Source: Octopus sinensis (taxonomy: Eukaryota). Taken from it: a DNA stretch of 64,000 bases. The translations under genes were made by a program, and so were the position numbers. Shown here one piece after another: positions 27,151 to 38,848 of this stretch. The stretch is from assembly GCF_006345805.1 (NCBI RefSeq), contig NC_043008.1:744001-808000 (forward strand). Direction: 5' to 3'. A model generated the notes under the pieces. It did not search any database, was not told the DNA's origin, and worked only from the letters and a program-made list of their open reading frames with translations. Each line of letters begins with the position of its first letter. Positions within the stretch are counted from its first letter, which is position 1.

Positions 27151-27599
27151 AAGTGGCAAGGAAATAATCATGGGATATGAAAAATATAATTACTGATGTA
27201 ATGAGAATATTACAAACTTTCTAGGAAATATGAAAAAATTTCGTTTTGGAACTGGATCTCGAATCACATAAAACTACAAATGATAGCATTGGGTTCAGAA
27301 TCCTCTTTGGATAGAAAAATGTTGAAGACTCTCCGTTGCAGAACGCTCGTCATATCTACAGGATGTGTGTGTTCGAGTCCCACGAATAGCCTTCGACTTT
27401 TTCTATCCAATATCTGCGTATTATCATTTATAGCATTCCGTGCTTCGAGATAAAATAGTTTTATGGATATCATAAACTGTTTGCCAAAACGCAATGGATT
27501 GCGTATATTTTTATGCCTCTAAATAACCTTCTGTATCATTACAACATTGTCAATAAATTTTAAATGTTTGTCTGCAGCATATGATTAAATCTAATATTT

Positions 27600-27780
27600 A
27601 GCCGGCGAGGTGGCAGAATTGTTAGCACAGCAGACAAAATGACATGCAGTATTTAATGTTGTGAGTTCAAATTCTGTCGAGGTTGACATTGCGTTTCATC
27701 TTTTCGAGTTGGATAAAATAAGTACGAGGTAAATGGTGGGGGTCAACGTAATCGACCAGCTCCCATCCAATAAAGTTTAC
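27600..27780 (+). mobile_element. Diverged SINE family B
   Basis: ggcgaggtggcagaattgttagcac..gagttcaaattctgtcgaggttgac..tttcatcttttcgagttggataaaataagtac. Confidence 0.75.
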
Positions 27781-28204
27781 CGACAACATTATATTAAATA
27801 CTATATTATTGTTATCTAACGTTAATTAACAACGTTATAAACATTATAATATTGCTAAAAAATACTGAATTTTTAGTAACAATATTTCAATCAATATTTT
27901 TGCATTTTAAAATCTAAGTAGGTAGAGGAATCTTCGTAGCCGAACACCATGTATTATCCACATCCCTAATCTTAATCTTGATTTGATGAAATTAAAGGAT
28001 AATATTTTACAAAGAGAGTCGCTCTTATTCATTATCGCAAGCGGTTTATCCGATGGCGTAGCGATCTTCGCTAATCGACCACCATAAGGTCTTCAAAGTT
28101 ATTTAAGAGAATTCTAAAGACATTTGGTGTTAGAAAGTCGTGTGGAAATACAAAAATCAATTGTTACTGTATCCTTTTGCATTCCAACTATTCACTTATC
28201 ATAC

Positions 28205-28415
28205 AGTGGCTGTGTGGTAAGTAGCTTGCTTACCAACTATATGGTTCCAGGTTCAGTCCCACTGCGTGGGACCTTGGGCAAGTATCTTCTACTATGGCCT
28301 CGGACCAACCAAAGCCTTGTGAGTGGATTTGGTAGACGGAAACTGAAAGAAACCCGTCGTATATACATATGTATATAAATATATATATAAATATGTATAT
28401 ATTTGCGTGTGTGTG

Positions 28416-28447
<32 letters not shown>

Positions 28448-28639
28448 CCCCCTACATCGCTTGACAACATATGGTGGTGTGTTTACGTCCCAGTAACATA
28501 GCGGTTCGGCAAAAGAGACCGATAGAATAAGTACTAGGCTTACAAGGAATAGGTCCTGGGGTCAATTTGCTCGACTAAAGGCGGTGCTCCAGCATGGCCG
28601 CAGTCAAATGACTGAAACAAGTAAAAGAGTAACAGAGTA
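28205..28639 (+). mobile_element. Full-length SINE family A
   Basis: Colinear with the other family A copies. Confidence 0.92.
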
Positions 28640-29179
28640 TATTTCGCATTTAATAACAAAAGATGAGGAATTATGTACATTATTTACATTATTTACAAGA
28701 TGAGGACAAATATCCGTCAAATGTAAACAATGTAAATAATGTGAATATTCGTTTATCCGATTTGCTTAATTAATAAACGTTGTTTTTTTCAAGTTGTGTT
28801 AATAAACATTCGAAGCCGTAGTTTCGTACATAAAGGAAGAACAAAAAAGGAATTAATGAAGAGTAGCCTCCCTTCCAAATTTTCTAACTTTCTATATTCT
28901 ACGCTTATATTTACGGGAACTTTAATGCATTTTATTTATAAGTTCTTGAATAAAATGACCTGCTTATAATTACATAAAACAAAAGCCTAAATTCGATTTC
29001 ATTAAGTATCCAAGATGATAATATTAATTAATATCATACAATTATAAAATACAGAAATAATGTCATTGTTTCTCGTTTTCTTTTACGTAATAAATTCATG
29101 AGTTATTTCCCTTAGATTAAAAAAAACCTTCCGCCTGGAATAATTGTTTTGTGACCATGCGATATGAACAATGTTGCGA

Positions 29180-29385
29180 CATGGCAGAAACGTTAGCGCG
29201 CCTCATAAAATGTTTTGTTATATTTGTTGCTGTTACTTACATCCTGAGTTCAAATCCCACCCAAGTCCTCTTCACTTTCCATCTTTCTAGGATTGATAAA
29301 TCAAAGTACAAATGAAGTAGAAGTGTCAATGTACTTGATTAAGCATCTCCCTCTAAAATTGCTGGCCTTGTGTCAAAATTTGAAA
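29180..29385 (+). mobile_element. Diverged SINE family B
   Basis: tggcagaaacgttagcgcgcc..ctgagttcaaatcccaccc..ttgataaatcaaagtac. Confidence 0.65.
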
Positions 29386-29649
29386 GGAAGCGTCGACTCA
29401 GGAGAATCAAGAGTGCTTCGGACAGTTGAATAAATAGATAGGCTCGCTTTTCTGCATAGATTTTCATGAGAATTAACAGATTTTATCTGTGATTTTAAGT
29501 GAATTTAAAACAAACAACTTTAGCGTGGTGTGTTTAGTATTAATAAGGAATATGCATGTTAGTTTTTCTTGAAGCAATTTGCATCACACCTCCGAATTAG
29601 CATTGGTTTTAAATATTGACATAAACCCAGCAATTCTGGGAGTGGAGAT

Positions 29650-29830
29650 TATATTGATTCCAGTGCTTAACTGGGACATATTTTATCGATCTCAAAATGA
29701 TGAAAGGCAGAGTCAACTTCGGCGGAATTCAGAATGTAAAGATAGACAAAATGACGCCAAGCATTTTGCTCTGCGTGCTCAGAGTTTCGCCATTACTACT
29801 TTTAATTTAAGCACAAGGGCAAACAATTTG
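29650..29830 (-). mobile_element. Diverged SINE family B
   Basis: attttatcgatctcaaaatgatgaaaggcagagtcaacttcggcggaattcagaatgtaaaga. Confidence 0.65.
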
Positions 29831-30434
29831 AAGAGTGGGAGGTGGATAATAACATCACCCCATTCTCCAGTACTTAACTCATATTCAATTATATCAATAA
29901 TGAAGGTATGAAATGCAAAGCTGGTAGTGTAAAGAATTGAAGTAAATACCACAAAATATTTTCTCCTCGGCCCCCAAACCAGTTTGTCAGTCTCTTACTC
30001 TACACTTTGAATTATTACGAATCTGAATATTTGCTAGATGTGCCTCGCTCCTCCAAATTTCCCACAAAAATGAAGATTTTTGCATCTGATATTCATAAGT
30101 CGATTGCTTAGAATAAGGTAGCTGGTTGTTCACCGACATATTTGCTGTTGATACCACAGTGTAGTTAACAATAAATACCAACACGGAAGCTATCTATGAA
30201 TTCAAATATCAGAGCAGCAGAGATAGAGGCAATGACGTGTGTCTTATTTACGTAGATACAGCTTTGGAAGTATCTCATAAGAATAGGGCGAGTTCCGAAG
30301 TAGCTGTAGCTGAGGAGAGGAAAGGTTGAGTTTCGTACATATATATTTACATACATGCATACAAACATACATACATACATACATACATACATACATACAT
30401 ACATACACACATACACACACACACACACACACAC

Positions 30435-30517
<83 letters not shown>

Positions 30518-31073
30518 CATATACAGACATGCAGGAAGTAAGAAGACACCTTTAATTTTCAAAATCTTTCTTTTAATAATCAAAGCTAACAATTGAAATG
30601 TAATCGATAGGTAGGACTTTAGTATTTAGTTTGCAGTTTTTAATTCAGAAACTCTTTTTCACATTGAACTGCTGAGCTTTGTGATTGTCTCTGGTGGAAT
30701 TTCTGCCCACTTTTCACGCAAGAATCGAAACGAAACTATTCATCTTTAAATTTAGGTTTCTGTCGAGTTTTTCGTATAGCTCTAAATCTCTAACTAGTGT
30801 GCTTCAAAGATTTTCAATTGGGTTCATGTCAGGAGATTGGCTCGGCTAAAGAAGTATTTTGATCCCATTTTTAGTCAATGATTGTTGATTCCTTTGCGCT
30901 GTGTGGCATGGAGTCCCATCTTCCATGAAAAAAAATCTCATTTTTCGTTATGTTATCGTGTGAATACATCGGAAGTAGCCCATGTTTAAGTACTTCGATA
31001 TATTTTTCAGAGTTTATGGTTCCTACACATTCGATCAGCTCAGAACGACCATTATTGGTGACATATATATATA

Positions 31074-31267
31074 GGCGCTGGAGTGGCTGTGTATACGCGC
31101 AGGAGTGGCTGTGTGGTAAGTAGCCTGTTTACCAGCCACATGGTTCCGGGTTCAGTCCCACTGCGTGGCACCTTGGGTAAGTGTCTTCTACTATAGCCTC
31201 GGGCCGACCAAAGCCTTGTGAGTGGATTTGGTAAACGGAAACTGAAAAGAAGCCCGTCGTATATATG

Positions 31268-31356
<89 letters not shown>

Positions 31357-31565
31357 TTGTGTGTCTGGTGTTTGTCCCCCTAGCATTGCTTGACAACCGA
31401 TGCTGGTGTGTTTATGTCCCCGTTACTTAGCGGTTCGGCAAAAGAGACCGATAGAATAAGTACTGTGCTTACAAAAGAATAAGACCTGGGGTCGATTTGC
31501 TCGATTAAAGGCGGTGCTCCAGCATGGCCGCAGTCAAATGACTGAAACAAGTGAAAGAGTAAAAT

Positions 31566-31569
<4 letters not shown>
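31074..31569 (+). mobile_element. Full-length SINE family A with a duplicated 5' head
   Basis: ggagtggctgtgt occurs twice (31080, 31102); long pure internal (TA)n; complete tail. Confidence 0.92.
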
Positions 31570-31600
<31 letters not shown>

Positions 31601-32036
31601 GCTTATAGTTATACACACCACACACACACACAGCTGATCACTGATAAGACAAAATAAATTTTTTTTTAAAGCCAAAGGTGATAAGGAAATTGGATGTTTA
31701 GCTGTCTTTCCATCACCTGGAAGTGAAGTCAAAAGCTGCATTCTATGATTTCTAACTGGAACAGGAAGCACACATATATACGTGATGTATCGCTAAAATA
31801 AGTTCGCTTTTGAACAGATATATTTTAAATAGTTTGCGTGTATAGAAAACGTAATTATTACAATTTCTCTGTTAAGTTACTGAAAGTACGTAACGACTGC
31901 CGTCTTTTCAACCGAACTGAACGCAATTTCTACTAGATGTAAGGGAAGTAACTCTAATAAATTCTTAATGCTTTTAGCGCGATCATGAACGCTACAAAGG
32001 GATATGCATGCGTGTGTGTAAGTGCGTGTGTGCGTG

Positions 32037-32099
<63 letters not shown>

Positions 32100-32223
32100 G
32101 TCTGTCTGTCTGTCTGTCTGTCTGCCTGTCTGCCTGCCTGCCTGTCTGTCTGTCTGTCATCCCTCTATCTATCTACCTATTTATCTATTCACACACACAT
32201 GAGCGCCCGCGCATATAAACACT

Positions 32224-32279
<56 letters not shown>

Positions 32280-32420
32280 CATACACACGACAGGTACCTT
32301 TATATATGAGTGTATGTATGTATATATGTATATATGTATGTATGTATATATAGATGTATATATGTATACTATATATATATATATATATATAATATATAAT
32401 ATATATTATATATATATATA

Positions 32421-32720
32421 AATTGGACCTCTGGGGCATAATGGACAGGTCACTTCTCAAAAAGAACTGGAATGCATCCTCAAATCCAAATTTCTTGAGA
32501 TTATTGCATGGAACATGGCATGAAATTCCTCAAGAGAATATTCATCATCTGATCAGCAGTATGCCTAAAAAGGTCATTGTACAGAAAAATGCAAAGGGCG
32601 TATCTGCTAAATATTAGATATTCACATTATAAAAATTAATAAGTAATTTGAATGTATAATTTCAAATTTAAATAAATTTTAGCGATCATAAGGATGTCTA
32701 TTAACTTCTGTCGTGTCTGT
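32421..32720 (+). mobile_element. Tc1-family transposase C-terminus and probable 3' end (copy 1)
   Basis: LWGIMDRSL...WHEIPQENIHHLISSMPKKV...KGVSAKY* matches the Tc1 terminus LW..l....W..Ip..i..Li.SMp.R....kG..tkY; TIR-like taacttctgtcgtgtctg before TA. Confidence 0.8.
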
Positions 32721-32722
32721 GT

Positions 32723-32900
32723 ATTCTTTTATTCTTGTATTTGTTTCAATCATTTGACTGCGACCATGCTGGAGCACCGCCTTTAGTTGACCAAATCGAC
32801 TCCAGGACTTATTCTTAGTAAGCCTAGTACTTACTCTATCGGTCTCTTTTGCCAAACCGCTATGTTACGAGGACGTAAAGACACTAACATCGAAGACAAA
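32723..32900 (-). mobile_element. SINE family A, 3' half (copy 1 of the duplication)
   Basis: tcatttgactgcgaccatgctggagcaccgcctttag..ctatcggtctcttttgccaaaccgcta. Confidence 0.85.
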
Positions 32901-33070
32901 GACAGAAACACAAACATATACATACATAATACATACACACATACACACACACGCACACACACACACATTTACACACACACACACAACACACACATATATA
33001 TATATATATATATAATATATACATACACACGACAGGTACCTTTATATATGAGTGTATGTATGTATATATG

Positions 33071-33161
<91 letters not shown>

Positions 33162-33462
33162 AATTGGACACCTCTGGGGCATAATGGACAGGTCACTTCT
33201 CAAAAAGAACTGGAATGCATCCTCAAATCCAAATTTCTTGAGATTATTGCATGGAACATGGCATGAAATTCCTCAAGAGAATATTCATCATCTGATCAGC
33301 AGTATGCCTAAAAAGGTCATTGTACAGAAAAATGCAAAGGGCGTATCTGCTAAATATTAGATATTCACATTATAAAAATTAATAAGTATTTGAATGTATA
33401 ATTTCAAATTTAAATAAATTTTAGCGATCATAAGGATGTCTATTAACTTCTGTCGTGTCTGT
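33162..33462 (+). mobile_element. Tc1 C-terminus (copy 2, offset 742 bp)
   Basis: Near-identical to 32421-32720. Confidence 0.8.
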
Positions 33463-33464
33463 GT

Positions 33465-33892
33465 ATTCTTTTATTCTTGTATTTGTTTCAATCATTTGAC
33501 TGCGACCATGCTGGAGCACCGCCTTTAGTTGACCAAATCGACTCCAGGACTTATTCTTAGTAAGCCTAGTACTTACTCTATCGGTCTCTTTTGCCAAACC
33601 GCTATGTTACGAGGACGTAAAGACACTAACATCGAAGACAAAGACAGAAACACAAACATATACATACATAATACATACACACATACACACACACGCACAC
33701 ACACACACATTTACACACACACACACACACACACACACCACACATATATATATATATATGTATACTCGACAGGCTTTGGTCGGCTCGAGGCTGTAGTTCA
33801 AGACATTCGAAGAAGGCGCCACGCAGTGGGACTGAACCTGGAACCATGTAGTTGGTAATGAAGCTACTTATCACACAGCTACTCCTGCGCCT
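33465..33892 (-). mobile_element. SINE family A with both halves, internally deleted
   Basis: 3' half as in copy 1, plus head cgccacgcagtgggactgaacctggaaccatgt..cacacagctactcc. Confidence 0.85.
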
Positions 33893-33989
33893 ATATATGA
33901 AACATCAGTTTTCACATTCTCACTTTCCCATTTAAAAACTCTCATTGTAAGTCTAACCCATTCAATCAGTAATATATTGAATCAAACTA

Positions 33990-34390
33990 AGGCGGCCAGC
34001 TGGCAGAAACGTTAGCATGCCGGGCGAAATGCTTAACGGTATTTCGTCTGCCGTTACGTTCTGAGTTCAAATTCCGCCTAGGTCGGCTTTACCTTTCATC
34101 CTTTCGGGGTCGATAAATTAAGTACCAGTTACGCACTGGGGGTCTATTTAATCGACTTAATCCGTTTGTCTGTGCTTGTTTGTCCCCTCTGTGTTTAGCC
34201 CCTTGTGGGTAGTAAAGAAATAGGTATTTCATCTTTCCTTATGTTCTCAGTTCAAATTCAGCCGAGGATGATTTTACCTTTCATCCTTTCGGGATCTATA
34301 AATTAAGTACCAGTTACATACTGGAGTCGATCGAATCGACTGGCTCACTCCACCAAAATTTCGGGCCTTGTGCCTAGAGTAGAAAAGAAA
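33990..34390 (+). mobile_element. Two tandem SINE family B copies
   Basis: Full copy 33990-34230 and partial copy 34235-34390, both with B-box and cctttcatcctttcggg core. Confidence 0.9.
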
Positions 34391-34454
34391 AGAATATATT
34401 GAATCAAGATCTCATCGCAGTTTACCAGATAAAAATCCAAAATTCATATGCAAA

Positions 34455-34960
34455 CATACACACGAATACACAAACGAGGCCCCTGTCACCGTGTTTTCAC
34501 TCCATGTACTAATGTATTGCATTTGTTTTCGGGTGGAGTCGTTTGGATATCTATCACAATTTCCATATGTTTCGGTCCTTTTCATCAATGTTCCTCTAAC
34601 ATCCGCCCAGAAGAAGTGAACAGCAGCGACAGTCCGGGTGTTGGTGGCGACACAAAAAAGTTTTGAGAATTGTGCTTACTCTTCAGATCCATACTCATTC
34701 TATCAAATTAGGTCTTTTGTTCTCATCATTGAAGATGTTATACCGTATAAAGCCAGTATCCCCAGATACTTTTATCCCGCTTCCTCCAAATCCGTTATTC
34801 TATCTCTCATGGGGCGATACTACTTAACTGCTATTCTCGCATTTCCCCCTGCGCGATGTAACTGTAGTACATTTTGTGATGCCCATCTCCATCCGTATGT
34901 TTGTATTCACTACATAAACTGTTTGCACAAAGGAGATGATCGCTTTTCCTCATTTTGAAA
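34455..34960 (-). pseudogene. Decayed R4/Dong-clade RT fragment
   Basis: NIRMEMGITKCTTVTSRRGK..EEAG*KYLGIL..RLHPKTN..RGL matches the R4/Dong RT thumb consensus (MEFG..KC..RGK..YKYLGI..LHPKS..GRGL). Confidence 0.75.
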
Positions 34961-35521
34961 ATAATTTAAGGTCATCCATATAATGCAAACAATTACAGTC
35001 CAGTCCTATTTATTTCCGATTGGCAACCCACACCTGGCATCTGAAGAGCCATGTTCATGGCAATCAGAACAATGTCAAAGATTAAGAGAGAAGAATCACA
35101 ATGAAAGATTCCACGGTTCATGTTAAGACTGCCAAGCTCTCGACCGTTGGAAAACAGAATAGTTCGCCATTTTTCATGCTCTCATTAGCTTTCTGTATTC
35201 TAAGTCATCTTAAACATGTTCAGGGACTCCAGCATTCATGAATGTTTTACCATATCGTAGGATTCTTTGAAATCCATCCAGGCCATCGACAAATTGTTAT
35301 TATTATCATTTTTTGCAATTGCTCCTCGTTTTATAGGCAAACTGTTTGCGTCTAGAAAAGACTTCAGGGAATGTTTTACACTTTACACTAGCGAGGGACT
35401 GGAATAGTATTTTGGACGCATAGAGAGCTAGTGTGAGGCCAATACATAGCAGAAGCGGGAGCAAAAGCCACGAAAACCTGCAGAATGTAAACAGCCACCT
35501 AACGGAATCGTTTCGCATTGC

Positions 35522-35995
35522 ATGCTCAGTCCATAATGCTGCGGCAGTTGGAACAGCTGAGGTACATCCCTTTAGAATTGGGAAACAGGATGGCAGTGTC
35601 GGTGTACGCGGATGATGTCACCGTCATGTTGTGGGACATCAACGAGGTTGAGAAGGTCGGCACCATACTAAAAGAATATCAGTCGGTGGGCTTGCGGATG
35701 TGTACCTGGTGACTCAGGTCGATGACGTCAGACGGCATCGTTGGACGCTGGACTGACGGACCAGTTAAACTGCTTGGGGTCTGGTCCGGTCGCAACCTCC
35801 AGGCGGATGAAATGTGCGGTGACATGACGAACTGAGTTGCTAATCTTATCCAGAAATGGGCAGAGAGGAAGCTGTCCATGAACAATCGGGCAGAATTGGC
35901 AAATGCCTACATCGTCTCCTCGTCATTTATCGCCTGAGGGTCGTGCACTGCCTCTGTTACTGGTTAATCAGGATGGAGCGTCTTTTATTTCATTT
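35522..35995 (+). pseudogene. Decayed Tx1/L1-clade LINE RT fragment
   Basis: VSVYADDVTVM (catalytic YADD), GRWTDGPVKLLGVW, IQKWAERKLS, RAELANAYI; internal deletion and frameshifts. Confidence 0.85.
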
Positions 35996-36053
35996 CTTTT
36001 TACTGTTACATATTTTATGCTTCCCTCCGATGTTTTGTTGTATACCGTGTGTA

Positions 36054-36154
<101 letters not shown>

Positions 36155-36290
36155 CTCTCTCTCTCTTTCTATATATATATATAGACATTTTTATTTTTGT
36201 CATGTGTAAGCCCTCAAACCCCCACACTATACGTCTGTCTTCGTATTGTCATCTTTCGCCCTGATGGCAAATAAAAGAAATCATTATAGC

Positions 36291-36326
<36 letters not shown>

Positions 36327-36939
36327 TACTATTATTATTAGTTACATCATGATCATGATCATGATTATCACCACCACCACCACCACCACTATCATCATCA
36401 ACATCCTCGTCGTCGTCACCATGACCATCGCCAACAAAATCATCATTATCATGTCCGCAATAGAAGCGAAGGGCTTATTTACGATCTGATGTTATTGCCC
36501 ACAACATGTAACCATATTTCCAAACAGAACTGAATCTTTTATAACGTTCCATCTAAGCAGAAGAAAAGAACGAACAATAAACGGAGTCGTGTCATTCTAT
36601 ATCACATCCCAGCGGAAGAGAAAAATAATCTTCCCCAAATAGAAAATATATTAAAGAATAATGAAGCACCATAATAGAGTCGCTACCACAAAACAAGTGA
36701 AATCCCGATCGGAATAAAAACAAAAGAAGATGAACTCCATTCTTTATTTTACTGTTGCAATCATCTCCGGAGAAATCTGTTTCTACTGTAAACATACAAT
36801 CAAAAGCTTAAACAAGAGATCGACAAAGTATTAAAGATCTACGAAGTATTAAAAACGGTATCAAAACCTTTAAGGCTTTTAAGAACTAAACAAACAGTTG
36901 GCATTCAATACACAGAGAAAATAAAGCAATAAACACACA

Positions 36940-36948
36940 TACACATAC

Positions 36949-36994
<46 letters not shown>

Positions 36995-37018
36995 TATATA
37001 GATGTGTGTGTGCGTGTG

Positions 37019-37083
<65 letters not shown>

Positions 37084-37221
37084 CATACATACATATATAT
37101 ATATATGTGTGTATGTGTATATATGTGTATGTATGTGTGTATACACACACATATATATAGCTGTAAACATTTTTGCATATGTATGTGTATACACCCCTCA
37201 CACACACATGTATATATATAT

Positions 37222-37308
<87 letters not shown>

Positions 37309-37345
37309 GCATGTATGTATGTATGTATATGCATGTATATACACC
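36940..37345. repeat. (TA)n/(TG)n compound microsatellite field
   Basis: Direct reading. Confidence 0.95.
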
Positions 37346-37519
37346 GGTCTATGAGTAAACAAGTTAATGAACCAAGAGCCATGATAGCTTTACGGTATAA
37401 GAGAAGAGTTCAGAGATAACATCAAAATATGTAAACATCATAGAAGAAAAGTTTCATGAATCCGGATAAAATAGGAATCTACTCTTCGGATCGTAAGCCA
37501 GGCTTTTGTAAGTAACATT

Positions 37520-38737
37520 CCCAGAAAATGTTTTATAAGTAACATTCCCTTTCAAGACGGTATTCCTCACACAATCTCCAATGGTGTATATACTCAGCTA
37601 CGTTAGCATACTTCCTGTTATATTCTTTTTGAGCCAATTTGCTACACTCACTCACAATACGTGAAACAGTTTCATTTTCACTGCTTCACATCCTACAAAA
37701 GGGTTATTCGTAATTTTTATGAATTTGGAATTTGGTGTAATTAGTTGTCCGAAGTGGTTACCCGTGGGAGCTGCATATCAATGCTTCAGTGCATCCGTTC
37801 AGTTATTGTTTCTTCTTCTTTCCCTTCCATTGCCCATACATCGCATCCATTTTCCATTTGTTCAATCTGTGTTTTCTATCTTATTTCTTAAATGCTTTCG
37901 GGTGCATCACATTTTCACTAGGTATCGTGATGTTATTTTTCGCAGGAACAAAGGCTGTACCATTCCAGATTATTTTCCTCATTCGTAACACAAATTTTGC
38001 AGCCTACGAGACTTCTTCTTCCGTAGTCTCTAGACACATAGAATCTATCGACAACGCTTTTAGGGTGAAGTTCCTTGTTCATTGTCATCACTTACCTGGT
38101 TTTTCTATCCTTTTCCTCAAGCTCGTTTTGTGTCCATCTAACAACACCCGCGTTATATTACATTAAGGAGACAGCCCATGCATTCATTCTCCTGATCTCG
38201 ATCTTTCCATTGACTTTACCTATCATTATTAATTTGATTCTCCCGAGGTATCCTCGCCTAAAGCTTTCCTTCATCTCGTTCTCTTTAATCTTATTTTCAT
38301 CCACCTCAACATCCTTAGTTCTCTTGTCAATGGGATGTTCTACACCGCCAGATGACAAACTTTTACCTGTATTTCTTAATGATAAGAATACTACAATTTT
38401 AATTCCAATTTCCATATCGATATTTTTCCTGAATCTCTGCACTATTGAAACCAGACGATTTATCTGACACTCACTCTTACCGAACAGGTGTTTCAAATTT
38501 TCTCCACTTTTCAAGGTGTACCCTGATGTCAACTGCTGTAATATCTGCAATGGTGAGTGACTATCTTCCTGAAATATGTCACCCCTGGTGTTAATCTTCA
38601 CCAGAAACTCTCCCCATGGTGTTAAGTCTGATTCCAGTTCTTCATTGACTCCTGATAAAATTCAAAATGTTGTCAGACACCTGGACCAACTCAAGATATT
38701 CTAAAATCCAGGAGTGGGATCCCATGTCATAAGCATT
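37520..38737 (-). mobile_element. Decayed R4/Dong-clade LINE: RT domain through CCHC knuckle
   Basis: AYDMGSHSWILEYL..IFQEDSHSPL..LFGKSECQI..IDMEIGIK..YLGRIKLI..NAWAVSLM*YNAGVVRWT..LHPKSVVDRFYVSR..TEALICS..PFCRM..NETVSRIVSECSKLAQKEY. Confidence 0.9.
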
Positions 38738-38848
38738 CTTCTTCTTCTTCTTCTTCTTCTTCTTCTTCTTCTTCTTCTTCTTCTTCTTCTTCTTCTTCTT
38801 CTTCTTCTTCTTCTTCTTCTTCTTCTTCTTCTTCTTCTTCTTCTTCTT
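38738..38848 (-). repeat. Pure (AAG)37 microsatellite
   Basis: 111 bp of CTT on the plus strand, in frame with and abutting the RT AYD motif. Confidence 0.97.

Noticed and set aside
27264-27494. 76-aa minus-strand ORF in unique sequence (similar cases at 7708-7938 and 36592-36795)
   Set aside because: No recognisable domain or convincing splice boundaries; length is compatible with chance
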